Source: Eledone cirrhosa (Eukaryota). From it: a stretch of DNA of 64,000 nucleotides. The position numbers were made by a program, and so were the translations under genes. Within the stretch, counting starts at the first letter, position 1. The number at the start of each line of letters is the position of its first letter. Below are positions 38,384 to 50,983 of this stretch, one piece after another. The stretch covers positions 18,352,001-18,416,000 of the forward strand of contig OZ024746.1 in NCBI GenBank assembly GCA_964016885.1, read 5' to 3'. A model generated the notes under the pieces. It did no database searches. It had not been told where the DNA came from and saw only the letters and a list, made by a program, of their open reading frames with translations.

Positions 38384-39461
38384 GTAAGTAACAACGTATT
38401 AGAAATTTTAACATTTGTGCTCTTTTGTTTATATTTTCTCTGTTTATTGTCATAAGTGTTATATTCTTCATAGTTTTATAACTTTGTTTCAGTTTAATTG
38501 AAGCTGAATGGCCGAATGTTTAGGATGCTTGATGTATGATTGTAATGTCATTGGTTCGATTTCTCGACAAAATGCTCTGCTGTGTGTTATTGAACAAAAC
38601 ATTTTATTTTACATTTCTCCAGTATACTCAGGTGAGATTGAGTACCAGCAGTAGCTGGGGAGTTAATCCTGCAATAGGCCAGCATCCTGTCCAGGAAGAG
38701 TCTTGTTCTCTGTCACTTAGTGCCAAGGAAACCAGGGATAGTCACTGGCCTGATGAGTTTTTGGCTTAGAACAGACTATAAATTTCATTTCTATTAAAAT
38801 TGTCAATTATTCTCTTCTTTCTGTCTTCTTCCCACATGACACCCATTTTTAAAAAAAAATCTGTATCACTATACAACCACATAAACAACTTTGTAGTCCT
38901 TTATAACTTTTGAATTATGAATGACTAACAATTGAATGTAAATGTTGTGAAACATTATAAGCCCCAATTAGTAACAAAAAAAAAAGAGAAGAGTTAGTGA
39001 TTTGTCTGTGAGCCTTCACACTTTTTTGTCTCAAATTACTGAAAATACTCGAATATAAATTGACCCTATTTTATGTCAGTGAAAAGGTAAAAAATCCCAA
39101 CCCTGTTTATAAGCCTTGGCAGTTAATCAACATATTATGTTTAGATGGCATGGTTTTGAAATTGTCATGAGTATAAAATATATTTATGAAGATTTAGTAT
39201 TTTACCATCAAATTTTTTTTTTTTTTTTTTTTTTTTGTCACACATTTTGCTGCTTATATACGAGTATATACAGTAGTCCTTATAATGTTTCATAATATTT
39301 AAAGCTGATATTGTATGCTTTTATTTTTAGGATTACTAATCATATTTTAACAATGTTATTAATCACACCAATGACAAAAATAAACCAAGTCATTGAATAT
39401 TATTTACATGTTCCAATGTTCCATAGTAACTTTTTCTTTATCTTTGTATTATATTTTTCAG

Positions 39462-39544
39462 ATAGTAGTGTGTTTGTTAGATAATGGCTCAGATATAAAC
39501 AGATCTAACCATTTTGGCTCAACCCCATTACATTTTGCCTGCAG
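39462..39544 (+). CDS. HACE1: HACE1 coding exon 8
   Basis: IVVCLLDNGSDINRSNHFGSTPLHFAC(S). Confidence 0.95.
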
Positions 39545-39815
39545 GTAATTACTAATTTATCTACAAAAAATAAACAGGTAATTTACATAGTATGTTAAAA
39601 GAAAAGTTTATTTTATCTTTATATATTTACTATGAAATTTACTTCCATTGTTCAGCTTGTCTGTATCATCATCATTACTGCCACCACCATCACTACTGTC
39701 ACCACCACCACCATCATCATCAAAATAGTGTATTTATTTTATTACATTGGTGTATATATATGGTGAGAAAGGCAGGGACAGAAGATAAATATATATATTG
39801 TGTATATATATATAT

Positions 39816-39852
<37 letters not shown>

Positions 39853-39856
<4 letters not shown>

Positions 39857-40499
39857 TCATCATCATCATCATCACCGTTTTACGTCCGTTCTTCTATGCT
39901 AGCATGGGTTAGACGGGTTGTCCTGTTGTGGGCAGTGTCTGGTCGGCTGACCATGCCTTGCTCATACAGGAACTGATTTGGCTTGATTTCTACAGCTGGA
40001 TGCCCTTCCTAACACCAACCTCATTTACAGTGAGTGCTGGGTGCTTTTTCGTGGTGCCTACACGTGGGCTGGGTGCTTTTTTGCCGTGGCACCTCTACGA
40101 CCACCTTGCAGTGGGAGGGTGTGGGGGCATATTGTCTATATGCTTCAGCTTGTACCCATGGGAGGTCAGGTACTCTGTATTACTGCGTGACGCCAGAGGT
40201 CACGGTCGTGTATCATCGCCTTTGAGAGGTGTAATTGGGTAAGGTCAGCTTTTATCATCTCATCCCAGGTCTTCTTGGGTCTCCCCACTCCGCGGTTTCC
40301 ATTGACTTCTAGTGCTCTGCACCTTTTTATGCAGCTGTCATCCTTCATACGCATCACATGTCCATACCAGCGCAACCGCCTCTCCTGCACACAGCATTTG
40401 ATTCCTCTTATGCTCAGTCTCTCTCTCAATTCATTTATGCTTTGTCGTTCACGTATATTACTATTACACATCCATACGAGCATGCAGGCTTCGTTTCTC
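39853..40499 (-). mobile_element. 5'-truncated RTE LINE
   Basis: ORF 40166-40483, same subfamily; (CAT)n tail. Confidence 0.9.
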
Positions 40500-40568
40500 C
40501 TGGAAGCTCCAACCGTTAAGGTTGTCTTTTTTCCGGGTATGTCAATATTTATTTATAAAACAAATCTG

Positions 40569-40630
40569 TATTTTATCTGATGAAAGTGCACCATAATTTG
40601 CCTTGGTTGCCCTTGAAATATATATAATAT
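40569..40630 (+). ncRNA. Hammerhead ribozyme, family A copy 6, stem I damaged by deletion
   Basis: CTGATGA 40577-40583, stem II, GAAA 40615-40618; only about 3 bp of stem I remain. Confidence 0.55.
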
Positions 40631-41172
40631 ATTGTGTATTTACTCCACTAATCCGTTGAGTGCTTTATATCAGTTATAAAAATGTTTAAGCTTGTTGAAT
40701 CCCAACAAATTAAATATAACCTCTGCATATATATATATATATATAGGAAGCTTTTCTATATTAAAACATACTCTACTATGTATTGAGTACCTTACTTACT
40801 GTGGTTACCCCTGATTGAACCCGGAATAACTTTTATATATATATCATCATCATCACTGTTTAACATCCAACGTCCATTTTCAATCACAGATTGATCCATG
40901 AACTTATATGCATTATCTATTAATCACAATTGTATAAATAACATTACAAATTGTTTATAATTTTTACAGAATGAAAATATACACTCAAATAATATATACA
41001 ATATTTGATTAAATAAATATTCCACATTAAAATATCAATTCAAAATGAAAGAAGAAAATATATTATAATCATGATGTTTCACATAAAAATAGAATTCATG
41101 GAACCTTATAAATATAATTCACAAAAATATACAATCAAAGTGGAAACCTCCCCATCAATTCAACACAGTGTC

Positions 41173-41322
41173 CAGTGCTGGATTTACCATTGTGTTTAGA
41201 TGTGCTTAAGCAGAGGGGCTCGTCTTCCTGCCAAAAAAGTTTGTTTACCTCCTTCAGGGCCCAAGTAAGAGACCTCATAACTTAACTAGCACAGGGCCTC
41301 ATTTGTCCTAAGTCCAGCACTG
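41173..41322. mobile_element. hAT-type MITE
   Basis: TIR CAGTGCTGGA / TCCAGCACTG; TSD ACAGTGTC/ACTGTGTC. Confidence 0.8.
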
Positions 41323-42660
41323 ACTGTGTCAATTGGTCACACACCACAAGAAGGGGTAGTGGGACTTCCTATATTTTATTTGTTGTTTAATGACATGGAA
41401 ATTCATAAATATACTTTATTTTTTCATGTTAATCAATATTATTTACTGACATACAAATGTTTTCAACACAAAATACACATTCCAACATTTGTATTTAATG
41501 TTTCTGTTAAAGTGTTATACTGTCTACTGTTGGTTTGGTTATTTAAAATATTCTTATCTTTAGAGTTTATTGATTCATATGATAAGATTACAATTTAGGG
41601 ATATGTTGTCATGGTAATTAAATCAGGAATTAAAATCTCTGTTCAGTGTTAATGGAAAATGTAATGTTCAATAGAATGCCATACATAACAACATACTGAG
41701 TGGATGTTACACTTTAATCCGGTGACCAAATAGAAAGAACAGGCATCATCATCATTGTTTTAATGTCTGTTTTCCCTGCTTGCAAAAGTTGGATATGGAT
41801 CTACACAGACCAAGTCAGTACTGAGGCAAGGCTACTGACCTCCAAGATAGTCTAGGGGTCTGTTATCTTGCTTATGTATGGTCTCACCTTCTACCGAGTG
41901 CACAGTAGAGGTTGTCATGTCTTTGGCACAACTGAGTGTCCCCCCAACCCTTTGTTTGGCAAGCTTTCTACGTCTGGATGTCCTTCCTACATACATATAT
42001 TACCAACTGATAAGTGAAGAAAACATAATGTTAATTTGTTTGTATAATATGTTTTTATAGTATCTCATAATTATAATTTGATTTTAATGTTAATTCCACA
42101 TTAGACAAAATTTAGAAAAATATTGGGAAAGAGTAAAAAAAGTTTATATTATTTGGCTTTGTGGAGGGTGGTAAATTGGCAGTAGAATCAGTAGAGCGTC
42201 AAACAACATACTGTATGGCATGGTTACTCCTTTTATGTTCTGAGTTCAAATCCTGCCGAAGTTAGCTTTGTCTTTCATTCAAAGTACCAGTCTACTATTG
42301 GGGTCAATTCTTCCTCTATACCTCTTTCCCACTTCTTCTCTCTCTCACTTTCTATCCTTTTCTGGAAGAAATTTGCTGTATTCAGACCCAGAGGAGATGT
42401 TCTGCCAGGTTTTAAAAAATGCCCTAGAAATGCTGTATGTTAACACGGCACTCCATTGACACCCTCAACTGTGACAAGACTATGCATGCATACATTAATT
42501 AAAATTCAGTTTACAATAGAATGAAAAGAATTGTTTTTTAAGAGGTAGAAGTAAAAAGGTAATATTATTAGTATATTATTATACATTTTGAAAAAAAACA
42601 GTAATTAAGTCTTCAGTCATTTGTTGTTTAACAGTAATATACATTTCCCTTATTTTATAG

Positions 42661-42757
42661 CCATGGACAAAGAGATACAGCTGTCATCTTACTAAACCGA
42701 GGAGCTAAGTTTTTGCCTGATAAGAAGGGGAGGACTCCTCTTGATGTGACAGTTGAG
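42661..42757 (+). CDS. HACE1: HACE1 coding exon 9
   Basis: [32 protein letters not shown]. Confidence 0.95.
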
Positions 42758-43233
42758 GTGAATAATAATTTATTATATTTGTTTTTTTTTATTTATTTCT
42801 AAATTTAAATTCTCATTGAAACATTTTTCTTTTTACAAAAATTTATTAGTCAAGTACTGGGGTCGATTCTTCCTCTATATCTCTCACTTCCTCTCTCACT
42901 CTCTATCCTTCTCTGGAAGAAATCTGCTGTATTCAGACCTGGGCTCTACCAACTATAAAAAATGCCCTATGTCATTACAGTGTCCCTATGACTCCCTCGG
43001 GAGTTATGGGAAAAAAGAAAGAAGAATATTTGAGTAAAGGAAGCTCCTTCATCTCCTGTCTTCATTATACCCTATGTCCTGGGACTCTAATAAGTTATGC
43101 ACTTGACCAGTTAACTGTTATGCAAGCACACACACATATGTATGATGCCTTGTGTAACGTATTGTAAAGCTATGTAATTTAGTTTATAATGAACAAGTTT
43201 CACTGAATATTAAATGTTCCTCTTCCATTCTAG

Positions 43234-43335
43234 GGAGGTTATGGTGAAACATGTGCCCTGCTACTTTCTTCTTTGCCACGCCTCTTTGATTCCTTGATCC
43301 AGATGACGCAGAAAGAAAATATAAAGGAAAAAATG
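43234..43335 (+). CDS. HACE1: HACE1 coding exon 10
   Basis: GGYGETCALLLSSLPRLFDSLIQMTQKENIKEKM. Confidence 0.95.
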
Positions 43336-43669
43336 GTAAGCTGATCCATGAACAATTTAATGTTTCTTTACAGATTTGACATACATTCACAAATAATCCT
43401 GGGTAATTCTAATCAAACAGGACTACTTGTTTCATTTGTAGCTTTTTAAATACTTAATGATAAAGCGGCGAATTGGCAGAGTCATTAGAACATCGGATAG
43501 AATGCTTTGTGGTATTTGTTCCAGCTCTCTGTTCTCTGTGTTTAAATCTCGCTTTCATCCTTTCAAGGTTGATAAAAAAAGTACCAGTGAAGTACTGGGG
43601 TCAATTCTTCCTTTCAGAGCATCCTCCCCCATTGCTGACTAGATTACTTAGGTAACAAAAATTGTCAAT

Positions 43670-44010
43670 AACTTCACCTCTGACTCTTCGACAGTTTCAG
43701 CTATAAGGACTAGAACATCAGCATACAGGAGCTCTCATGAACAGCCAGTCTTAAAATCTTCTGTTATGGCCTGAGACAGGTCACTGGTGGACACCTACCT
43801 GCACTTCAGATTCAACACTGTATTCATTGTCAATTCTCACTTTGCTGTTTGCATCTCTACACACGGCGTGTACAGTCCTCACAAGCTATTCATCTACATC
43901 TATCTTCCTTAGCATCCACCACATTACGATGAAGGGAACTCTGTCACAGGCCTTCTCTAGTGAATGCTAGGCACAGGAGTGTACACTTAGCCAGGTATTT
44001 CCTTGACTCA
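43670..44010 (-). mobile_element. Degenerate RTE RT fragment
   Basis: LEKACDRVP..WMLRK..VDE.LVRTV and QAITEDFKTGC..ELLYAD homology. Confidence 0.75.
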
Positions 44011-44239
44011 CAAGAAACAGGACTTCAGTAGTATATATAACTGGCTGTAAATGAGGTTGGTGTTAGGAAGGGCATCCAGCTGTAGAAATCAAGCCAGAAT
44101 CAGTTCCCGTCCCACCCTTGCAAGCAGGGAAAAAGCGGACGTAAATTGAAATGAAATGATGATGATGAATGATGATGTTTGTTAATAGTTATATATATAT
44201 AAATGTAAATTTAATCTGTGTCATTAAAATTATTAATTA

Positions 44240-44630
44240 TCATCATCATCATCATTTTACGTCCGCTTTTCCCTGCTTGCAAGGGTGGGACGGGAACTGA
44301 TTCTGGCTTGATTTCTACAGCTGGATGCCCTTCCTAACACCAACCTCATGTACAGTGAGTGCTGGGTGCTTTTTTGCCGTGGCACCTCCACGTCCACTTT
44401 ACAGTGTGGGCTGGGTGCTTTTTTTGCCGTGCCACCTCCACAACCACTTTACAGTGGAATGATAGGGACCCGAGTCCCTATCATCTCATTTCTACAGCTG
44501 AGTAAACGGGAGCAATGTGAAATAAAGTGACTTGCTCAAGGAAACAACACATCACCCGGTCTGAGAATTGAACTCACAACCTTTCGATTGCAAGGCCAAT
44601 GCTCTAACCACTAAGCCATGTGCCTCCATT
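44240..44630 (-). mobile_element. tRNA-derived CORE-like SINE with RTE-type 3' tail (representative; similar at 32320-32660, 49335-49710, 1830-2070, 12020-12290, 38505-38780, 45490-45730, 55335-55620)
   Basis: GGCTTAGTGGTTAGAGC..GAGTTCAATTC head, TTGAGCAAG.CACTTTATTTCAC core, (GAT)n tail shared with RTE 3' ends. Confidence 0.75.
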
Positions 44631-44688
44631 AATTATGTATATATATACACACTTTTTAAACATTTTTCCCTATATATTTTCTCTGTAG

Positions 44689-44798
44689 TTCTACCGTGTC
44701 TTGTCTCACCTGTGTCAGCATCAAAGTAAAGAGACAGCTGACAGAATATTGACAGGTCTTGCTGAACAAGCTTTTAGCATTGGGCAGAAGTTATTCAG
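44689..44798 (+). CDS. HACE1: HACE1 coding exon 11
   Basis: FYRVLSHLCQHQSKETADRILTGLAEQAFSIGQKLF(S). Confidence 0.9.
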
Positions 44799-45919
44799 GT
44801 AAAACAAACACTTTATAACTTTGTATTCTTTCTATTGCAGCAAGTAATATATTGTATTTTTTCATCTTTAATTTTATTATATAAAATATGATCAACTGAT
44901 CTCCTTCCCAACAAATGTTTGGGCTTGTGCTTATATAAAAATTATTATTGTTGTTGTTTAGTGCCAAGTCAATCTTGATTAAGCAAAACAATGATAAAAG
45001 GCATTCCGCCAAGACTATCCCATCGTTTTTCAAAACATGATATAACCTGAACCACAGTATCAAAAGTATCCTTTTTAAGACAGTAGGGTGTAATATTTAG
45101 CCTCACATGTCTAAATGGTAAATTTGGTGGATTGGTAGTATCGGTAGAGGGTCGGACGCCATTCTTTCCAGCATAGTTACGTCCCTTTATGGTCTGAGTT
45201 CAAATCCCGTCGAGGTTAACTTTGCCTTTCATCCTTACGGGGTTGATAAAATAAAGTACCAGTAATGCACTGAGTAATTGCTGGCCTTGTGCCAAATGTA
45301 GAAACAATTATTAATTGTATGAGAGCAAATATAGAGCAATGTCGAGCACTCTACTTTGCTTGGAAGTATATCACAATGCCAATATTTGAATTTCTGACCT
45401 AGGTATCAGTATCCCAGAATCTGACTTCCTCAGTCAATGCTCTTCCATTTGCATCTTTTTAATTGTACTTATTATTTATATAATAGCTAGGCACATGGTT
45501 TAGTGGTTAGAGTTGTATTTGCAATTGTGAGGTTGTAAGTTCGATTCTGAGACTATGTTATGCATTATGTCCTTGAGCAAGACACTTTATTTCACGTTGC
45601 TCATTATGCCAGGAGTTGTGTCTGGCAGATATATCAGCAATGAAAAGACCAATGGAAACATTGTTACTTTGGTCTGATTTGATGAGTTCCACCCCACTTG
45701 GTAAGTGAATGAGATCTGGGGTCTTGTCGATCAATTGATCAATCTTCACACAAGGGAGGCTTGTATTCAAACTGTTGAAAATACATTTATATTGAAGCCA
45801 TACATATGATTCTTTGCCAACAACTAGGTAAATATTATTTCAATATGTATATGTAAGACAAATGATTACATTTAAATACTCACTGCTTCTCTCTTTTTTG
45901 ATAATTATTTTTTCCATAG

Positions 45920-46088
45920 TGTGTCAAGTTCTCTAGAATCTGAAGTACAGTGCTTATTACGATGTATAAATTTTCTGTGCAAACTCTATCAACAAGTTTA
46001 CTGTACAAAGCCGAAAACCAAATCTCATAATTCAGTGTCTTTAAATGGTACATCAGCTGCTAACTTGAAGGCCAATAAAATTTTCATG
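45920..46088 (+). CDS. HACE1: HACE1 coding exon 12
   Basis: VSSSLESEVQCLLRCINFLCKLY...KANKIFM; phases match neighbours. Confidence 0.9.
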
Positions 46089-46810
46089 GTAAGCAATATA
46101 GATTTTTTCTTGCTACTTTTATGTGTTTAATATTGTCCATCTCATTTCCATATTTCTACTTTCTTCATCCTTGTTCTGCTTTTTTTCCTTCCTTCTTTCC
46201 AAGGTTGGATAAAGCATATGAATTATATGCTGCAGTTTTGATTATATCCCTCCTGTATGATTTAAACCTATGGTTTTTATCTTTTAAGGCACTTTTTAAG
46301 TTTGAATTATTATGATATTAAGGTCAACTTTGCCTTTCATCCTTTCAAGATCGATAAAAATGCTGTCCTTGACAGGTAAAAATTAGTGACCATATAATTA
46401 AGATGATTAAGATGCAGCAAACTGGCAGAGTCGTTAGAACATCGGATAGAATGCTTTGTGGTATTCGTTCTGGCTCTCTGAGTTCAAATCCTGCCATGGT
46501 CAACTTACCCTTTCATCCATTCAAGATCGATAAACAAAAAAAAAGTACTGGGGTCTATCCTGCCTCTATATGGTGATGGTTCTTTATTGTAGTTGGAATG
46601 AGAGGAAAGGACAAGCTAGAAAATAAGACATCTATAATTTGAATGTTATAGAAACATATCCAACATTTTTACTTATAGTCTTCAATATATTGTTTGAGTA
46701 TTGTTGATTTGTTAAAAATGTTTTTTTTTTATTGTTTTATTGTTATTATAATTCTTTACATTTAATTTTTATTTTTATTTACATTGTCATAATCAACATC
46801 ATCGTCACAG

Positions 46811-47265
46811 CCATTAGAGGTCTTATGGAAATTGCTTGGAGACTGGCTTAACCTTTTGGAAGACGAGTTCAATAATATTGGCTCAAAACAGGGTGATAAA
46901 GAATCATGCATAGACAGTGAAATAGTGAAAACAAAAACTACAAATGTGAGTGCCACACTTGAGGTGGCTAAAGACCAGGAGATCAAAGAAGTGTCAGAAG
47001 AATGGACACATGAGGACTCTTCTGCCAACAATACTGAAGAAGCAGAAGAAGAATCAACAAACGACTCAAAACATAGTCCACCATTAGTTACAGAATTAGA
47101 TACAGAAAGTAAAGATCTCTTGACAAATAATGAACCTAATATGGCAGCACTTGCTATTCAGGGTCTGCCTGTTAGAAATGAAGATATTATCACTGCTACA
47201 GTGCCTCGAATATGTGCTGTTATACAGGCTTTCTATCAGTGCTGCACGTGTTTAACACCGAAACC
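46811..47265 (+). CDS. HACE1: HACE1 coding exon 13 (with long acidic linker)
   Basis: PLEVLWKLLGDWL...DIITATVPRICAVIQAFYQCCTCLTPK(P); matches PLELLW..LDEWL and AVIQAFY.CC.C. Confidence 0.93.
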
Positions 47266-47486
47266 GTAAGTTGGGTTTTATTGTTTTATCTCTCCTTCAT
47301 TAAAGATTACATTATATAATTTATCTCTATACAATTATCATTTGATTTTATTAGAATTAAAATAGTTTAATTTTTTCTATGAAAATAAATTAAAATAATA
47401 ATTTAGTTATGGGTGAGTGAAAAATCTGTTATTACAACCATTGTTATCTATGATATACAACCATCATATTGTAATTATTTCCATAG

Positions 47487-47555
47487 ATTGACACCACCAA
47501 CGTTCATAGATTTTGTCAGCTGTCATAATAAAGTATTGAAGTCTTTGGTTGCCAG
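47487..47555 (+). CDS. HACE1: HACE1 coding exon 14
   Basis: LTPPTFIDFVSCHNKVLKSLVA(R). Confidence 0.93.
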
Positions 47556-47863
47556 GTAAGTTTCTGGAACATTTTCACTTTATTTTTTTTTTTTTTTAAA
47601 TTTATTTGAAGAATTTGTTGCATCTTTTCATACTATACAGAGTCTACCCTCCAAAATATATACACACTTCAGAAAAAGAAAAAATTGTATAAATGTTTAA
47701 CTTGTTTAAATAACTCTCTCTATGTATATTTTTTTCCATTTCTTAGAGGGTGCTACCCCCCCCCCTCCCTATCAGGCTAAAAGTTAGTTCTTTAGTTGAA
47801 AAATATGGTGAAATTTTCTATTTCTAATTTCAAACTCACTTGCTGTTTCTAAACATGGAAAAT

Positions 47864-48027
47864 ATAGGAAAAAGTATGACCTCGACGGCAGAGCTCAAGC
47901 CGTTTCGAAACGGCTTGAGCTCTGCCGTCGGGGTCATACTTTTTCCTATTTCCCACTCTACTATCCTAAGTATTGAGTAATCTGGTGCATTATGGTCCAT
48001 CTGGTTCCTTACCACAATTCCTTTGTT
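47864..48027 (+). mobile_element. Family D fold-back element with hammerhead 3' half
   Basis: 43-bp-arm palindrome centred on TTTC|GAAA (47906/47907), then a unique tail and (TA)n. Confidence 0.55.
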
Positions 48028-48032
48028 ATATA

Positions 48033-48061
<29 letters not shown>

Positions 48062-48063
<2 letters not shown>

Positions 48064-49270
48064 CAAGGCAGAATTCTAGAAGGAAAACTCTGATATAACA
48101 CCTGCAACCCTGATGGTATCCAATGATGTTGACTTGTTTTTCTTTTTGGTAAATATCATCTTGGTTAAGAGAGTGGGACTGGCTTTGTGCAGTGCCTTTG
48201 CTCACTATAAAAGCTTCACGACACAGGCATTGCTTTATATCTGGAGATCTCTCTGCACTTGTCGTCACATGGTACCATGGGCCCAGCACTATGTGTCAAT
48301 AATTGTCACAAGTGTAGTGTTTGTACCAGAGTTTTCAAGTCGCTGGCTGGACTAAAAAGTCACACTCGTTCAGCCCATCGGTAGGGATTCTCCTACATGG
48401 ATATAAAGTAGTGGCCATACTCGAAAACGAGTTGGCAGCCACCATGTATGTATGTATGTGTGTCAAGTCACCAGTTGGTGCTACTGGTAACATGTATCCC
48501 AGTAAAACCTGTCTCATGGTCGGGTCGTTGGCGACTAAACTGGCAACCCCACCAAGGTTTCTTGGTGAGGAGGGTGGCTTTGGACATCCTGCAGGACTAA
48601 AAACAAAACCTGTCAAAAGGCAAAGGGGCTCTTAAGAGTCAATAGCCATCCAAAATCACCGGGAGAGATGACCCCTTAGCCTTTGTCAAGGCAGAATTCT
48701 AGGAGAAGGAAAACTCTGATATAACACCTGCAACCCTGATGGTATCCAATGATGTTGAATTGTTCTTTTTGGTAAATATCATCTTGGTTAAGAGAGTGGG
48801 ACTGGCTTTGTGCAGTGCCTTTGCTCACTATAAAAGCTTCACAGCACAGGCATTGCTTTATATCTGGAGATCTCTCTGCACTTGTCGTCACATGGTACCA
48901 TGGGCCCAGCACTATGTGTCAATAATTGTCACAAGTGTAGTGTTTGTACCAGAGTTTTCAAGTCGCTGGTTGGACTAAAAAGTCACATTCGTTCAGCGCA
49001 TTGGTAGGGGTTCTCCTACATGGATATAAAGTAGTGGCCGTACTCGAAAACGAGTTGGCAGCCACCATGTATGTATATATATATATGTATGTATGTATGT
49101 ATGTATATATATCAGCACTATGTGTCAATAATTGTCACAGGTGTAGTGTTTGTACCAGAGTTTTCAAGTCGCTGGCTGGACTAAAAAGTCAGACTTGTTT
49201 AGCGCATCGGTAGGGGTTCTACATGGATATAAAGTAGTGGCCGTACTCGAAAACGAATTGGCAGCCACCA
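48062..49270 (+). mobile_element. Tandem cluster of three non-autonomous RTE-derived elements (48062-48447, about 48463-49068 longest, 49113-49270)
   Basis: Near-identical direct copies, variably 5'-truncated, each ending GCAGCCACCATG(TATG)n or similar. Confidence 0.8.
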
Positions 49271-49284
49271 TATATATATATATG

Positions 49285-49332
<48 letters not shown>

Positions 49333-49831
49333 GGAGGCACATGGCTTAGTCGTTAGAGCATTTGCCTTGCAATCGAAAGGTTGTGAGTTTAATTCTCAGA
49401 CCGGGTGATGTGTTGTTTCCTTGAACAAGACACTTTATTTCACATTGCTCTAGAAATGAGATGATAGGGACTCGGGTCCCTATCATTCCACCGCAAAGTG
49501 GTCGTGGAGGTGCCACGGCAAAAAAAGCACCCAGCCCACACTGTAAGTCGATGTGTAGGCGTCATAGAAAAAAAACCACCCAGCACTCACTGTAAATGAG
49601 GTTGGTGTTAGGAAGGGCATCCAGCTGTAGAAATCAAGCTAGAATCAGTTCCCGTTCCACCCTTGCAAGCAGGGAAAAGCGGACGTAAAATGATGATGAT
49701 GATGATGATATATATATAATTAGTTACAACAGTAACATATACAGGTACTTAAGCTCCGTTGGGTTAAAGACCCCAACTCATTCAGCCTGGATATTTCTAC
49801 CAAACTTCTACTATAGTATATATATATATAA

Positions 49832-50242
<411 letters not shown>

Positions 50243-50737
50243 TAAATGGAAGAATTTGATTGAGTTACATTATAGTATATAGTATAAGTCTATATACTAA
50301 AATGTGACCATAAAACTGAATAATCTACCTGAACACATAATTTCACATCACATCTGTGTCATCGGAGGCATTAAAAGCATACATAAATTTTCTGAACTTC
50401 TGATTTCCTTCCATAAAATCAGAAAGATAGCAGTCTGCCTGAGGAAGGATCCCTGTGTGGTGGTGTGGCTGTTTGAGCAAGTGTTGCTGGCCATTCTCTG
50501 AGGAAATGCCTTCACTATTTTGTCCCTGCGGGGCACAGCTGAAGCATACTGCTCAGACTGGTGTTTAGACACTGTCACCCTCCACCTTTCACTTTCTTTC
50601 ATTGCATGATTCTTTTCTTTATCTTCTTTTCTTTCTCTTTCTTTTTCTTATTGCCATTTATACTGTACAGTTTTTATCTCATTTTCTCTTTAGTTTAATA
50701 AACTTATTTTAATACTTAATAAATCCTCATTTAACAG

Positions 50738-50846
50738 CCTTTTGAAGCCCGGCAGGAGTGGTTCTATGAAAATCTTCACCCTGAAGACTACAACAATGAC
50801 ATGTTTGATTCACCAACTTCACAGGAGCCCTTAGTTATTGATCGAC
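50738..50846 (+). CDS. HACE1: HACE1 coding exon 16
   Basis: PFEARQEWFYENLHPEDYNNDMFDSPTSQEPLVIDR. Confidence 0.93.
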
Positions 50847-50983
50847 GTAAGTTAGACATATAATATATATTTGTGTGCATCTCTATAAAAATATATACAT
50901 ACATTAATACATATATAAGTGTGTGTGTCATCATCATCACCGTTTTACATCCGTTCTTCCACGCTAGCATGGGTTAGTCCGTA

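Noticed and set aside
38750-38780. CTGATGAG...CTTAGAAC in a SINE tail
   Set aside because: No GAAA or stem III; the homologous copy at about 55578 has CTGGTGAG
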